From the IMG/VR virus record IMGVR_UViG_3300028833_000137: a stretch of 14,164 nt of DNA; one strand, written 5' to 3'. This document shows positions 6,028 to 14,164 of the stretch, one piece after another (the stretch's first letter is position 1; each line of letters begins with the position of its first letter). The DNA is from a virus (lineage: Duplodnaviria > Heunggongvirae > Uroviricota > Caudoviricetes). Under the pieces are notes generated by a model. That model did no database searches. It had not been told where the DNA came from and saw only the letters and a program-made list of their open reading frames with translations. The position numbers and the translations under genes were made by a program.

Positions 6028-8273
6028 TAGTGTATATGCTCCACTCTTGCTTCAGTTTCTTTTTGCTTGCCCCAGTTGAATGCCTTTTTATATGAACCTG
6101 TTAAGTAGCCAGTAACTCTGCGTAATTGAGAAATATTATGACTACCGCATTGAGGACATACATCATTCATTTCATCTTGATAACCACAATCTTCACAGCA
6201 ATCTAATTTTAAATTACAAGCAAAATAAGGGATGTCGTGGTCCATCGCATAATTAACAATGGTTTCAAGGGCTTCAAGATTATTTTTAACTCCTGTTGGA
6301 AGTTCAACATAAGTAATACATCCAGCACTAGAATACCCTGTAAGCTGGCTCTCAATATCAATTTTATCAAACACAGAAATGTTATGCCATACTGGAACAT
6401 GGATACTATTGGTGAAATATTCGTGGTCGCTTACATTTTTAATTTCGCCATATTTCTTTTGAAACTTCTTCATAGCGGTGTAGCAAAGATTTTCCGCAGG
6501 AGTATAATATACACCGAAGTTTAACTTATACTCTTTCTTAAATTCGGCACATCTATCTTTGAATAACTGTTCAATACGCTTTGCTAGTTCCATGCCTTTT
6601 TCAGTAGTATGATCGCAGCCAATTAAAATTTGAAGTGTTTCCGCTAAACCAAGTTGACCGATTACTATGGTTCCATGCTTTAGCGCAGAACGAATACCTT
6701 CTTCTGGATGATAACCCAGCATTGTTCCATTTTCATACATAAACTTCGCGGATGCTGGACTCTGGCCGCAAATCCATTCAAAGCGTTCTAATAGCATATC
6801 TTTGGCTTCGTGAATTTTTCTATCTAAAATTTTTAAGAAAATTTCTTCAATCGGATCTTGACAACCATTCTCTACATCTTGTTTTGCTAACATAGCAAGT
6901 GTGGGCATAATAATAGTGACAGGACAAATATTACCACGGCCATCTTTGGTTTGAGGATTAGTGCCTTCTTCCGCATTTATATCAGCACCATTCGCTGTTC
7001 TACAACCCATAGTTGAAAAATAAGTCTTTGGGTCATTCTTATCATATCCAGCATTACCAGACCAATCAATATTTGCGTAATTAGGATAAATACGTTGTGC
7101 TGTTGACTTTAAAGCTAATTGATACATATCATAGTTTGGGTCACCTGGCGCACGGTTAATACCCTTACCAAGCTGGAAAATACCGCAAGGGAAGATAGGA
7201 GTTTTATGTAATTTACCTACACCTTTAATAGAACCTTCAAGTAGCGCGCGAATTACCATACGGCCTTCTGGTAGTGTGCAAGTTCCATAGTTAATTGAAG
7301 TGAATGGAAGTTGATTGCCGCTACGAGATTGAAGCGTATTGAGATTGTGATACATTCCCTCTACTGCTTGTTGAAGCTCGCGCGTGGTCATTTCCAGAGC
7401 ATATTTATAAATATCTTCACAATCATCGTATTGAATATATTCATCAATTGGTCGCGGCTCAGTTTCATATTTCCATTCATTCGCAGGAAAAAGATTTTTT
7501 CCAATATATTTAATTCCATCATTCCAATGCTTCATAAAACTCTTTCTTACATAAGGTACCATAGTCCAGTCTAAATGAGTCGCGGAAACACCACCAAACT
7601 GCATCAATGATTGAAGTTGGAAAATTACTGCTACAAGCTGAAAAGCCGTATTAATAGAATTAGCCGGCCGCACATCAGTCTGTCTAGTATTGAAACCTTC
7701 TGCTAATAACTTATCAAAAGGAATAGATAAACAATTGTGCATACCAACAGCATAAGCACTTAAATCATGAATATAAATTTCATTATTTAAATGATTGTTC
7801 TTCGCCATTTCTGACATACAGAAATCAAGAGCATACTGCTTCATCATTTCATCTGACGCTTCACCTACACGGCCACCAAATGAATGTTCGTCAACATTAG
7901 CATTTTGATTTTGAACATTAGAAGCATTTAGCTTTTCACTGATGGAGCGGATAAATTCATCAGAGCAAGAACGCATTACGCCTCTCTTATAACGATAACG
8001 AATGTAGGCCTTTTCTACAAGGCGGTCAAAAGCCGCTAAATCATCTTCAACTAATTCTTGTATATTTTCAACAGTAAGATATTTCCCACTATCAGCGAAG
8101 GTTTGATTAGCTACACGCTCAATACTGTCTGCTATAATAGTAAAATATTCTGGGTCCTCACGCGTAGAATCATTATACACTTGAATCCAAGCCTTTCTAA
8201 TAGCATTTATAATTTTAGATTTATCAAAATCAACTTCTGAACCATTTCTTTTAATAACTCTTATCATTTTCAT
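6027..8273 (-). CDS. nrdD: Class III anaerobic ribonucleoside-triphosphate reductase (about 746-748 aa; start revised to 8273 or 8267)
   Basis: N-terminal ATP cone (VIKRNGSEVDFDKSKIINAIRKA), HNC and MGCRT active-site cysteines, Zn site CEDC/CPQC and glycyl-radical loop RRVTGYL. GGAGG at 8282-8278 supports a start at 8273 or 8267 rather than 8396. Confidence 0.96.
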   Translation of the reverse strand: MKMIRVIKRNGSEVDFDKSKIINAIRKAWIQVYNDSTREDPEYFTIIADSIERVANQTFADSGKYLTVENIQELVEDDLAAFDRLVEKAYIRYRYKRGVMRSCSDEFIRSISEKLNASNVQNQNANVDEHSFGGRVGEASDEMMKQYALDFCMSEMAKNNHLNNEIYIHDLSAYAVGMHNCLSIPFDKLLAEGFNTRQTDVRPANSINTAFQLVAVIFQLQSLMQFGGVSATHLDWTMVPYVRKSFMKHWNDGIKYIGKNLFPANEWKYETEPRPIDEYIQYDDCEDIYKYALEMTTRELQQAVEGMYHNLNTLQSRSGNQLPFTSINYGTCTLPEGRMVIRALLEGSIKGVGKLHKTPIFPCGIFQLGKGINRAPGDPNYDMYQLALKSTAQRIYPNYANIDWSGNAGYDKNDPKTYFSTMGCRTANGADINAEEGTNPQTKDGRGNICPVTIIMPTLAMLAKQDVENGCQDPIEEIFLKILDRKIHEAKDMLLERFEWICGQSPASAKFMYENGTMLGYHPEEGIRSALKHGTIVIGQLGLAETLQILIGCDHTTEKGMELAKRIEQLFKDRCAEFKKEYKLNFGVYYTPAENLCYTAMKKFQKKYGEIKNVSDHEYFTNSIHVPVWHNISVFDKIDIESQLTGYSSAGCITYVELPTGVKNNLEALETIVNYAMDHDIPYFACNLKLDCCEDCGYQDEMNDVCPQCGSHNISQLRRVTGYLTGSYKKAFNWGKQKETEARVEHIH

Positions 8274-8499
8274 CTTCCCTCCAAATACCACCGGTGCTAA
8301 AATGGAAACCACAATAAGGACAGGTATCATTTGTAATTTCCCAATTATATTTTGCGCTTGCGTGCGGACAATGTTTTTGATTATCAATAATGGCAAGCTT
8401 TATTTTTTGTATGGTATCTTTTCGCTCCATAGTGGAAAGAGCCATTCTCAATTCTTTATTAAGTTGTTCACGAGTTTGAATAATATCATCAATCCTCAT
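8251..8499 (-). CDS. Small Zn-ribbon protein (82 aa; alternative start 8508 gives 85 aa)
   Basis: N-terminal helix followed by CPH-x14-CPYC. The ATG at 8499 forms an ATGA overlap with the upstream stop. AGGAGG at 8517-8512. The 3' end overlaps the nrdD start. Confidence 0.7.
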   Translation of the reverse strand: MRIDDIIQTREQLNKELRMALSTMERKDTIQKIKLAIIDNQKHCPHASAKYNWEITNDTCPYCGFHFSTGGIWREDENDKSY

Positions 8500-9575
8500 A
8501 TTCTCCATCTTCCTCCTTTCATAATCATTTCATGCGATTGCATAAACAAACTTTTTGCAGATGGATAAAATTTTAATAATAACTCTCTTTCATCCATCGC
8601 AGGATTTTTTTTCTTTGTATTTATCCTGTCATTAAGCACAATAGAATAATTATCTTTTCGCGTTAAATCCGCCCACCGCTCAATACGAACAGATAAATTT
8701 GCTAATGGATTTTTATAGCCTATAAATGGTGGTTCATATAAAATTTTTATTGGTATATCAACACTCCAAAGACAATACAATAAATTCATTTTATATATCA
8801 TGTCTTTAAAGTATTGAAAATTTGTAGCAAAGTTTCCACCAAGTTGTATATAAACATTAGAATAAGGAGTAATATCGGCCTTTAAATAATTTTTATATTT
8901 ATTTGTCATATAATACACTTCTTCTAATGGTATATCTAAATCAAATATAATAGTATTTGAACGAGTCATTTTTGGATAATTTCTTATTTCAAAAAATTCG
9001 GATAACTTTTTACAAATAATTGGATGTATTCTTACAATAGACGATGGTTTTCTACTGCTAATATCTTCTAATATATCACGCCAATTTGGGTAGAAAAATT
9101 CGCGGTCATACATTATTAACCGTTTATTTGACATAATTGGCGGAACTGGTAATTTTTCTTCGCCTGCATAACAACGATAGTAGCTATTATCCAATACATT
9201 AGCTATGACTTTTGCCTTTATACCATCATCATATTTTCCTTTAAGATATTCTTTATAGATTGCCGGTCGCGGGATAGTAAAATCTATAATTGAATTTTCA
9301 AATGGAATATATTTTCCATTTGTAAAAGCTGTGCCGCCATATTCTACAACGGGCGAGCGCAAGAATTGCTCTGGCACTTTTGGAACTGCGTGCCCTTCAC
9401 TAAAAAAATAAATCTTTTCATATCCAGATAAATCTTCTTCATCCAAAGACAACAATCTACAAAACCGATTTTCTTCGGTTTTGTAGTAAGTTGCTAATTT
9501 CATTATTTCAAGATTAGGAATAATAAATTTGGAGGAAGAAAAATTAGATATATCATAATCAACTAGTCCTATCAT
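8496..9575 (-). CDS. Hypothetical protein (359 aa), probable degenerate homolog of a phage radical-SAM-like family
   Basis: GGAGG is 7 nt before the ATG, with an ATGA overlap with dnaE. MIGLVDYD...PNLEIMKLATYYK, YGGTAF and LIMYD...NWRDILEDI resemble the phage family starting MKIGLIDVD..FPNLALMK (from memory). CxxxCxxC is absent. The CDS itself is well supported; the family call is tentative. Confidence 0.55.
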   Translation of the reverse strand: MIGLVDYDISNFSSSKFIIPNLEIMKLATYYKTEENRFCRLLSLDEEDLSGYEKIYFFSEGHAVPKVPEQFLRSPVVEYGGTAFTNGKYIPFENSIIDFTIPRPAIYKEYLKGKYDDGIKAKVIANVLDNSYYRCYAGEEKLPVPPIMSNKRLIMYDREFFYPNWRDILEDISSRKPSSIVRIHPIICKKLSEFFEIRNYPKMTRSNTIIFDLDIPLEEVYYMTNKYKNYLKADITPYSNVYIQLGGNFATNFQYFKDMIYKMNLLYCLWSVDIPIKILYEPPFIGYKNPLANLSVRIERWADLTRKDNYSIVLNDRINTKKKNPAMDERELLLKFYPSAKSLFMQSHEMIMKGGRWRI

Positions 9576-12500
9576 TCTTCTACCTCCGCGCGCTCATACT
9601 GGAAAGTTAAATTTCCATAATCATCAACATTTATTATTTTTGAAATAATTGGATAGATTGACTGTTTCTTTTTCTTTGGAATAAAGTCGTTTCCGCGACG
9701 AATACCTTGAACCATTAATTTTGTCCCGCGCGAGAACCAGCTCTTTTCAATAACATGCTTTTTGCCATCATCGCCGCGCTGGCTTAATTGTTTGTCATAA
9801 ATCGCATATTGATTCTTATAAACCTTTACATTTACAACACCTGTTGGGGTTAAAAGTGTAACAGTATTGCGATTCTTATCCTTATCAATTACAGTTCCAA
9901 TTATTTTAAATAATTTATATACTTTTATTTCTTGTCCGTTACTTCCAGGGAAACTATATTCAATTTCTGGTTCTTCTGATAATTTAAAGAAATCATCAAA
10001 ATCATTCTTCGCTTTTGCCAATTCATGCTCGTGATAATAAAATGAGATACTATCCATTTCCCATTTACTGATATTACCATCTGCATATTTATCAGCGATT
10101 TCATCATATAAAGCTTTATTTAACCTTGCCAATGCCTCTTCTTTGTTATCTTTTAAATATTGACGCATTGGCTCCATTGCTTTTTTATATATATTATCCC
10201 AAGTTTTTTGTAAAACTCTTGCGCCATCTTCAACAATATCTATGTCAAAATGATTATCAATAAAGTTAATCGCGGCTTCATTTAACTCATAATAAATTCC
10301 ATCTTTGCAGGTCTTTAGAAACTTATTGAATGAAAATAACTTCGCATAGAATTGCATATCAGTTGGTATCTGATTTTTCGCAATCAACATTGACATATTT
10401 TGAAGAGTCAATCTTTGCTTTTTATCCGCAATCATGTCAATATACTTTGCCATGATTTGCTCGCGCGGAATATTTTCAATATTATCAAATGCGCCGGACT
10501 TAATTAAATTTATCATTTGAAGTTTATTTACTTTAATTTTCATTAAGAAATCCTTCAATGATTCATATGGTCGCATAGCCATAATTTCATTAATCTTGTC
10601 TGTGGAGACGCGAGTGATGCCGCGTAGCCCATAAAGAATAACATTATCTTTTGCAATGGGTGTAAATGTAAAAGAAGACTGGTTGATATCAGGTGGAGAT
10701 ACTTTAATTCCATAATCGCCCATTTTACCAATAATAGAGGCGATGCGTCCATAATCAACGACTTTATTTTTTTTCTTCTTTTTATCTGCCGTTGCTTCAG
10801 TTGTCTCTTCATTTGCTTCTTCCCATTCTTCCTCATCAGGCTCTTCTTCATATTCTACACTGTTTTCAGTAAGAATCGCTTGAATTTCATCTTCATCTTC
10901 TTCATCAATATCTTCCGCTTGAACGCCACCACTATCTACAATTAAATTAGCTGTATTCCAATACACAATTGGATACCTATATGCCAGATTCATTTCTTGA
11001 AGAGCAATAATAGAATAAGCATAAGTATGACTTGCATTAAAACCATATCCGCGGCTTAATGCTATTTGAATGTCCCAAACATAATGACAAAATCTTTTGC
11101 TAAGATTCTTTTCCTCTACTCGCTCATAAAATTCTTTTGTTAATTGCTCATATTCTTTTGGATTCTTCTTTGCAATACTTTTACGAAGTCTATCTGCCCA
11201 CTGCAAGTCCCAGCCGCCGCATTCAGGTAGCTGAACCAATTTCATAAATTGTTCCTGTGTAATTGACAAACCGTCTGAAACATCTAATTGCTCGTGAAGC
11301 AATTCTCGCTCTTTATTTGAAAGACCATATTGAATCATTTCAGTTTCCCAATCATTAGGATGCTTACGAAAACGAGCATATTTATCTAGTGGTGCTTCTG
11401 CGCCCTTTTCAGAAGCCATTAGACGAATAACAGAATTTAAAGTGGCTAGGTCATCAACATTCTTAGGGTGAGTTAATGAAATGCCGCGGATACCGCTCGC
11501 TTTTTCCATTTGAAAAAGGCTAACGATTTTATGCTCGTCTACTAACTTCCACATTTCTTCATCATCACGAAGAATGTTATAAACGCCAAGCGCTTTTTCA
11601 TAAGTTTCACGCAAAGTAGGATATTGTTTAATATATCCATCTTTAATTAGCAGTTCAAGACAAGTTTGAATTTTATCTGCCGCTTCAACTGATAGAAGGT
11701 CCATTTTGATTTCTGAAACATCTTCCAAATCGTGAAGCTCAAACTGAGTAATAACTGTTCCATCGGGTGCGCGCATAAGTGCGCTAGATTCAGTGAAATC
11801 CTTATCTTTAAATACTACACCACCAGCGTGAATACCATAACCACAAATTAGGCCTTCAATTTTACTTGCGACTTCCCATAATTTGTCATACTTATTTATT
11901 TCTTCAACAAATGTTGGATTTGGTTTAATACCATTTTCTTCATCACCATAATACATTTGATGTAATGTATATGCTTGGCCACGCTCTTGCGTTATTAGAG
12001 AAGAAATATACTGGGCATTATCTACATCAATTCCCAAACCACGACATGCAGTAAGAATTGCAGATTTTGATTTCTCTACTTTAAATGTCGCAACATTTGA
12101 TACTCGGTTCTCGCCATAATATTTTCTTAAATGTTCCAATACTTGTGCGCGCTTAATACCAGAAATGTCTACATCAATATCAAGAACAGACACACGCGCA
12201 GGATTAAGGAAACGCCAAGGATACATGGCAGTCTTTTCACGCAGAGCATTAATTTGAATAATGTCTAGCGCGTATAGAAGTAAGAAGCCACCACCAGAAC
12301 CACGCGCGGGCATAACTAATGTTCCAGCATTCCAACATTCATCAATGATTTTTTGAAGGTTTAAGAAATAGGCAGACCAACGTGCTTTATTTACTTCGCT
12401 TGATTCCCATGTCATTTCAAGACATTCGTTTAATGCGTTATACGCTTTATCATTCTGTAAATCTCTATGTCTTTCAATTCCATCCAATACAGCCCATGAT

Positions 12501-13543
12501 AGAATGTTATCAGCATTATATTGAGAATATACAAATTTTTCTAGGGCTGGCATTTGCTTAATGCCCCATAAAATTCTTTCATCTCCAGGGTCATTATAAT
12601 CTCGCCAAGGTAGATTAGGAATTTCTAGCGGCTTTAGTATTGAGAAATCTTCACATCTATCTTTAATTTCTCTGATATAATAATACGCGGTTTCAATTTC
12701 TTCTTTTTCAAGATAAGGAAAGAACGAACGAATTTCTTCATCATCCATCATATAAGTTGTTTCATAGAAACTTCTTACTTCGCGCTCGCCATCTTGTGCG
12801 TTAAGAAACGATTCATGGATAAATGAATCTTCTGGCCGCAGATAATGACTATCAGTTGTGATTATATATGGTAGTTTTAATTCTTTCGCTATCTTAATAA
12901 GATGCTGATTAACAAAAATTTGCTCTTTATTGTTAGATGGCTGTAATTCAAGATAAAAATTGCCACGACCAAAAATATCTTCTATATATAAACACCAGCT
13001 TTTAGCTGTCTTATAAAATTCTTCATCACCAGTATCCATATATCTTAAAAGAAATTTATCAAGTTGTGAACCAAGACATGCTGATGATGCAATCAAATGT
13101 CCTTGATTTGGTTTCACAATTTCCTTTAAATCTCTATAATAAGTTGGGCGTCTCCTTAATCTACGACTAATATAAGAACGACGCCACGCGCGAGTAGAAA
13201 GTTCACAAATCTGATGATAACCTTCCAAATCACGACAAAGAAGAATAAAGTGGAAATACCTATCTTTATTCTTATCATAATTTGTCGCGTTTAAATCATT
13301 CCGTGTAAGATAAATTTCATTACCGCGAATGAGTTTAAAATTTGGATGTTCCTTTTTAATTTTATTATAATATTTTTCAGCTTTAATATAACTTGAAATA
13401 GTTTCGTGGTCTGTGATTGCTACGCATTCATGACCTAAATTAATCGCCGTGTCAATTAGAGAATTTACTTTATTAATACAGTCTCGTAAAGTCTCATTGC
13501 TATAATCCGTGTGATTATGAAGACTACCTGGGTATTTACTCAC
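9572..13543 (-). CDS. dnaE: DNA polymerase III alpha subunit, DnaE type (1323 aa, GTG start)
   Basis: PHP motifs (LHNHTDYS, AITDH, GNE, HFILL, SSACLG, TTDSHY), polymerase motifs (ARGSGGG, FLNPARVSVLDIDVD, IHAGGVV, KMDLL, YGFNASH, PPDINQS) and a C-terminal OB-like region. SD AAAGGAAG is 7 nt upstream. Confidence 0.96.
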   Translation of the reverse strand: MSKYPGSLHNHTDYSNETLRDCINKVNSLIDTAINLGHECVAITDHETISSYIKAEKYYNKIKKEHPNFKLIRGNEIYLTRNDLNATNYDKNKDRYFHFILLCRDLEGYHQICELSTRAWRRSYISRRLRRRPTYYRDLKEIVKPNQGHLIASSACLGSQLDKFLLRYMDTGDEEFYKTAKSWCLYIEDIFGRGNFYLELQPSNNKEQIFVNQHLIKIAKELKLPYIITTDSHYLRPEDSFIHESFLNAQDGEREVRSFYETTYMMDDEEIRSFFPYLEKEEIETAYYYIREIKDRCEDFSILKPLEIPNLPWRDYNDPGDERILWGIKQMPALEKFVYSQYNADNILSWAVLDGIERHRDLQNDKAYNALNECLEMTWESSEVNKARWSAYFLNLQKIIDECWNAGTLVMPARGSGGGFLLLYALDIIQINALREKTAMYPWRFLNPARVSVLDIDVDISGIKRAQVLEHLRKYYGENRVSNVATFKVEKSKSAILTACRGLGIDVDNAQYISSLITQERGQAYTLHQMYYGDEENGIKPNPTFVEEINKYDKLWEVASKIEGLICGYGIHAGGVVFKDKDFTESSALMRAPDGTVITQFELHDLEDVSEIKMDLLSVEAADKIQTCLELLIKDGYIKQYPTLRETYEKALGVYNILRDDEEMWKLVDEHKIVSLFQMEKASGIRGISLTHPKNVDDLATLNSVIRLMASEKGAEAPLDKYARFRKHPNDWETEMIQYGLSNKERELLHEQLDVSDGLSITQEQFMKLVQLPECGGWDLQWADRLRKSIAKKNPKEYEQLTKEFYERVEEKNLSKRFCHYVWDIQIALSRGYGFNASHTYAYSIIALQEMNLAYRYPIVYWNTANLIVDSGGVQAEDIDEEDEDEIQAILTENSVEYEEEPDEEEWEEANEETTEATADKKKKKNKVVDYGRIASIIGKMGDYGIKVSPPDINQSSFTFTPIAKDNVILYGLRGITRVSTDKINEIMAMRPYESLKDFLMKIKVNKLQMINLIKSGAFDNIENIPREQIMAKYIDMIADKKQRLTLQNMSMLIAKNQIPTDMQFYAKLFSFNKFLKTCKDGIYYELNEAAINFIDNHFDIDIVEDGARVLQKTWDNIYKKAMEPMRQYLKDNKEEALARLNKALYDEIADKYADGNISKWEMDSISFYYHEHELAKAKNDFDDFFKLSEEPEIEYSFPGSNGQEIKVYKLFKIIGTVIDKDKNRNTVTLLTPTGVVNVKVYKNQYAIYDKQLSQRGDDGKKHVIEKSWFSRGTKLMVQGIRRGNDFIPKKKKQSIYPIISKIINVDDYGNLTFQYERAEVEE

Positions 13544-13573
13544 ACAATCACTTCCTTTATTTATTCTATAATT

Positions 13574-13602
13574 ATTATATCATAAAATTATAGTTTTGTC
13601 AA
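13574..13602 (-). promoter_or_regulatory. Perfect-consensus SigA promoter for the dnaE operon
   Basis: Minus strand: TTGACA (13602-13597, containing the recJ TGA stop), 17 nt spacer, TGaTATAAT (hexamer 13579-13574). Confidence 0.9.
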
Positions 13603-14164
13603 AAGTCATACTTATTTTCATCCTTTAAAAGTTCATAATCATCAATAAACACTTGAATTGATGTGCGGCCAGCGAAAGTATTTAGATTTGCGCGCCCATA
13701 AATTGTAAGTTTATCAGTTCTATTATTCATAACAGCGTCAACAAAATCCATATCCTTGAACCTTACATAATCAACACCATTACAAGAAATCTTCATGCTA
13801 TCTTTATTTGCGCCCATAGCCATAACATTTGAAAGTGTAATATTTTTAATTACAAATTTAATTTCATCTATATGATTACCAAAAAATTCTGGATGGGAGG
13901 CTAGCACTGTAAGTAATTCAATATTATTATCGTTAGCGTCAAGTATATAATCTACAGTGTAACATTTTTTAAAATCATCGTCATTAAGAACTTCATTACT
14001 ATAATTTAATAGCCGTTCATCTAATGTGCTATTAATTCCAAAGCCGGCCGCTGCATCATGGCCTGCCACATAGTTCATTAAATTACTTTCTTCAAGGAAT
14101 TGTTTAAAACTAGGTAGACCTGCAAAATTTCCACTACTACGAATACTTCCGTTAATTTCGCCCT
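13599..14164 (-). CDS. recJ: RecJ-like DHH/DHHA1 ssDNA exonuclease, C-terminal part (5'-truncated by the window edge)
   Basis: The frame stays open past 14078 to the window edge (GEINGSIRSSGNFAGLPSFKQFLEESNL-MNYVAGHDAAAGFGI). GSIRS and GHxxAAG are the RecJ DHHA1 signatures, followed by an OB-like tail (GRANLNTFAGRTSIQVFIDD). Confidence 0.85.
   Translation of the reverse strand, partial: GEINGSIRSSGNFAGLPSFKQFLEESNLMNYVAGHDAAAGFGINSTLDERLLNYSNEVLNDDDFKKCYTVDYILDANDNNIELLTVLASHPEFFGNHIDEIKFVIKNITLSNVMAMGANKDSMKISCNGVDYVRFKDMDFVDAVMNNRTDKLTIYGRANLNTFAGRTSIQVFIDDYELLKDENKYDF

Noticed and set aside
7731-7745. GMHNC in NrdD resembling an intein C-terminal His-Asn/Cys junction; possible intein in the long DnaE
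   Set aside because: HNC is the native NrdD active-site motif and the protein length is normal. Neither protein shows an intein N-terminal block or LAGLIDADG motifs.
8274-8396. 41 aa N-terminal extension of NrdD in the ORF track
   Set aside because: It overlaps the Zn-ribbon gene in another frame and has no SD. The ATP cone and GGAGG place the start at 8273 or 8267.
3878-8568. Other plus-strand ORFs (3878-4156, 4308-4514, 5910-6095, 6237-6524, 7311-7574, 8058-8240, 8302-8568) and the alternate-frame minus ORF 6209-6400
   Set aside because: All lie within well-supported minus-strand genes and have no expression signals.
9925-10851. Alternate-frame ORFs inside dnaE (9925-10107, 10555-10851) and an A8 run at 10767-10774 as a possible frameshift site
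   Set aside because: dnaE is intact in one frame, and the A-run is explained by the poly-Lys codons. No stimulatory structure or meaningful alternative product is evident.
1-14164. Amber (TAG) stop-codon reassignment, suggested by all called genes ending in TAA or TGA
   Set aside because: Long genes on both strands, including the tail gene, are uninterrupted under the standard code. TAG is simply rare in AT-rich genomes.
1-14164. tRNA, rRNA, CRISPR array, integrase/transposase, or DGR template/variable repeats
   Set aside because: None seen. Intergenic gaps are all under about 75 nt and are accounted for by promoters, terminators and SD sites.

Overview
AT-rich (roughly one third GC, estimated by eye) window from what is most likely a large lytic tailed phage of an anaerobic Bacillota (Firmicutes) host. 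The host is inferred from consensus TTGACA-17-TGnTATAAT promoters, strong Shine-Dalgarno sites and a class III ribonucleotide reductase. The left end (+ strand) is the 3' part of a glycine-rich tail fibre/spike-like gene that ends in a bidirectional terminator. Everything else is a minus-strand replication and nucleotide-metabolism region. In transcription order it holds: RecJ-like exonuclease (partial), promoter, DnaE, a radical-SAM-like protein lacking CxxxCxxC, a small Zn-ribbon protein, NrdD, NrdG, terminator, promoter, a 92 aa orphan, promoter, a membrane-anchored coiled-coil GIY-YIG nuclease, three small hypotheticals, a dUTPase with a long N-terminal extension, a Zn-finger/RuvC-like resolvase and a DUF1617-like protein. 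The most unusual signals are a strong excess of alternating CGCG/GCGC words alongside near-absence of GATC, the TM-coiled-coil-GIY-YIG architecture, and the degenerate radical-SAM-like plus Zn-ribbon pair coupled between dnaE and nrdD. All family assignments are by motif recognition and all word counts are manual; no database searches were run.
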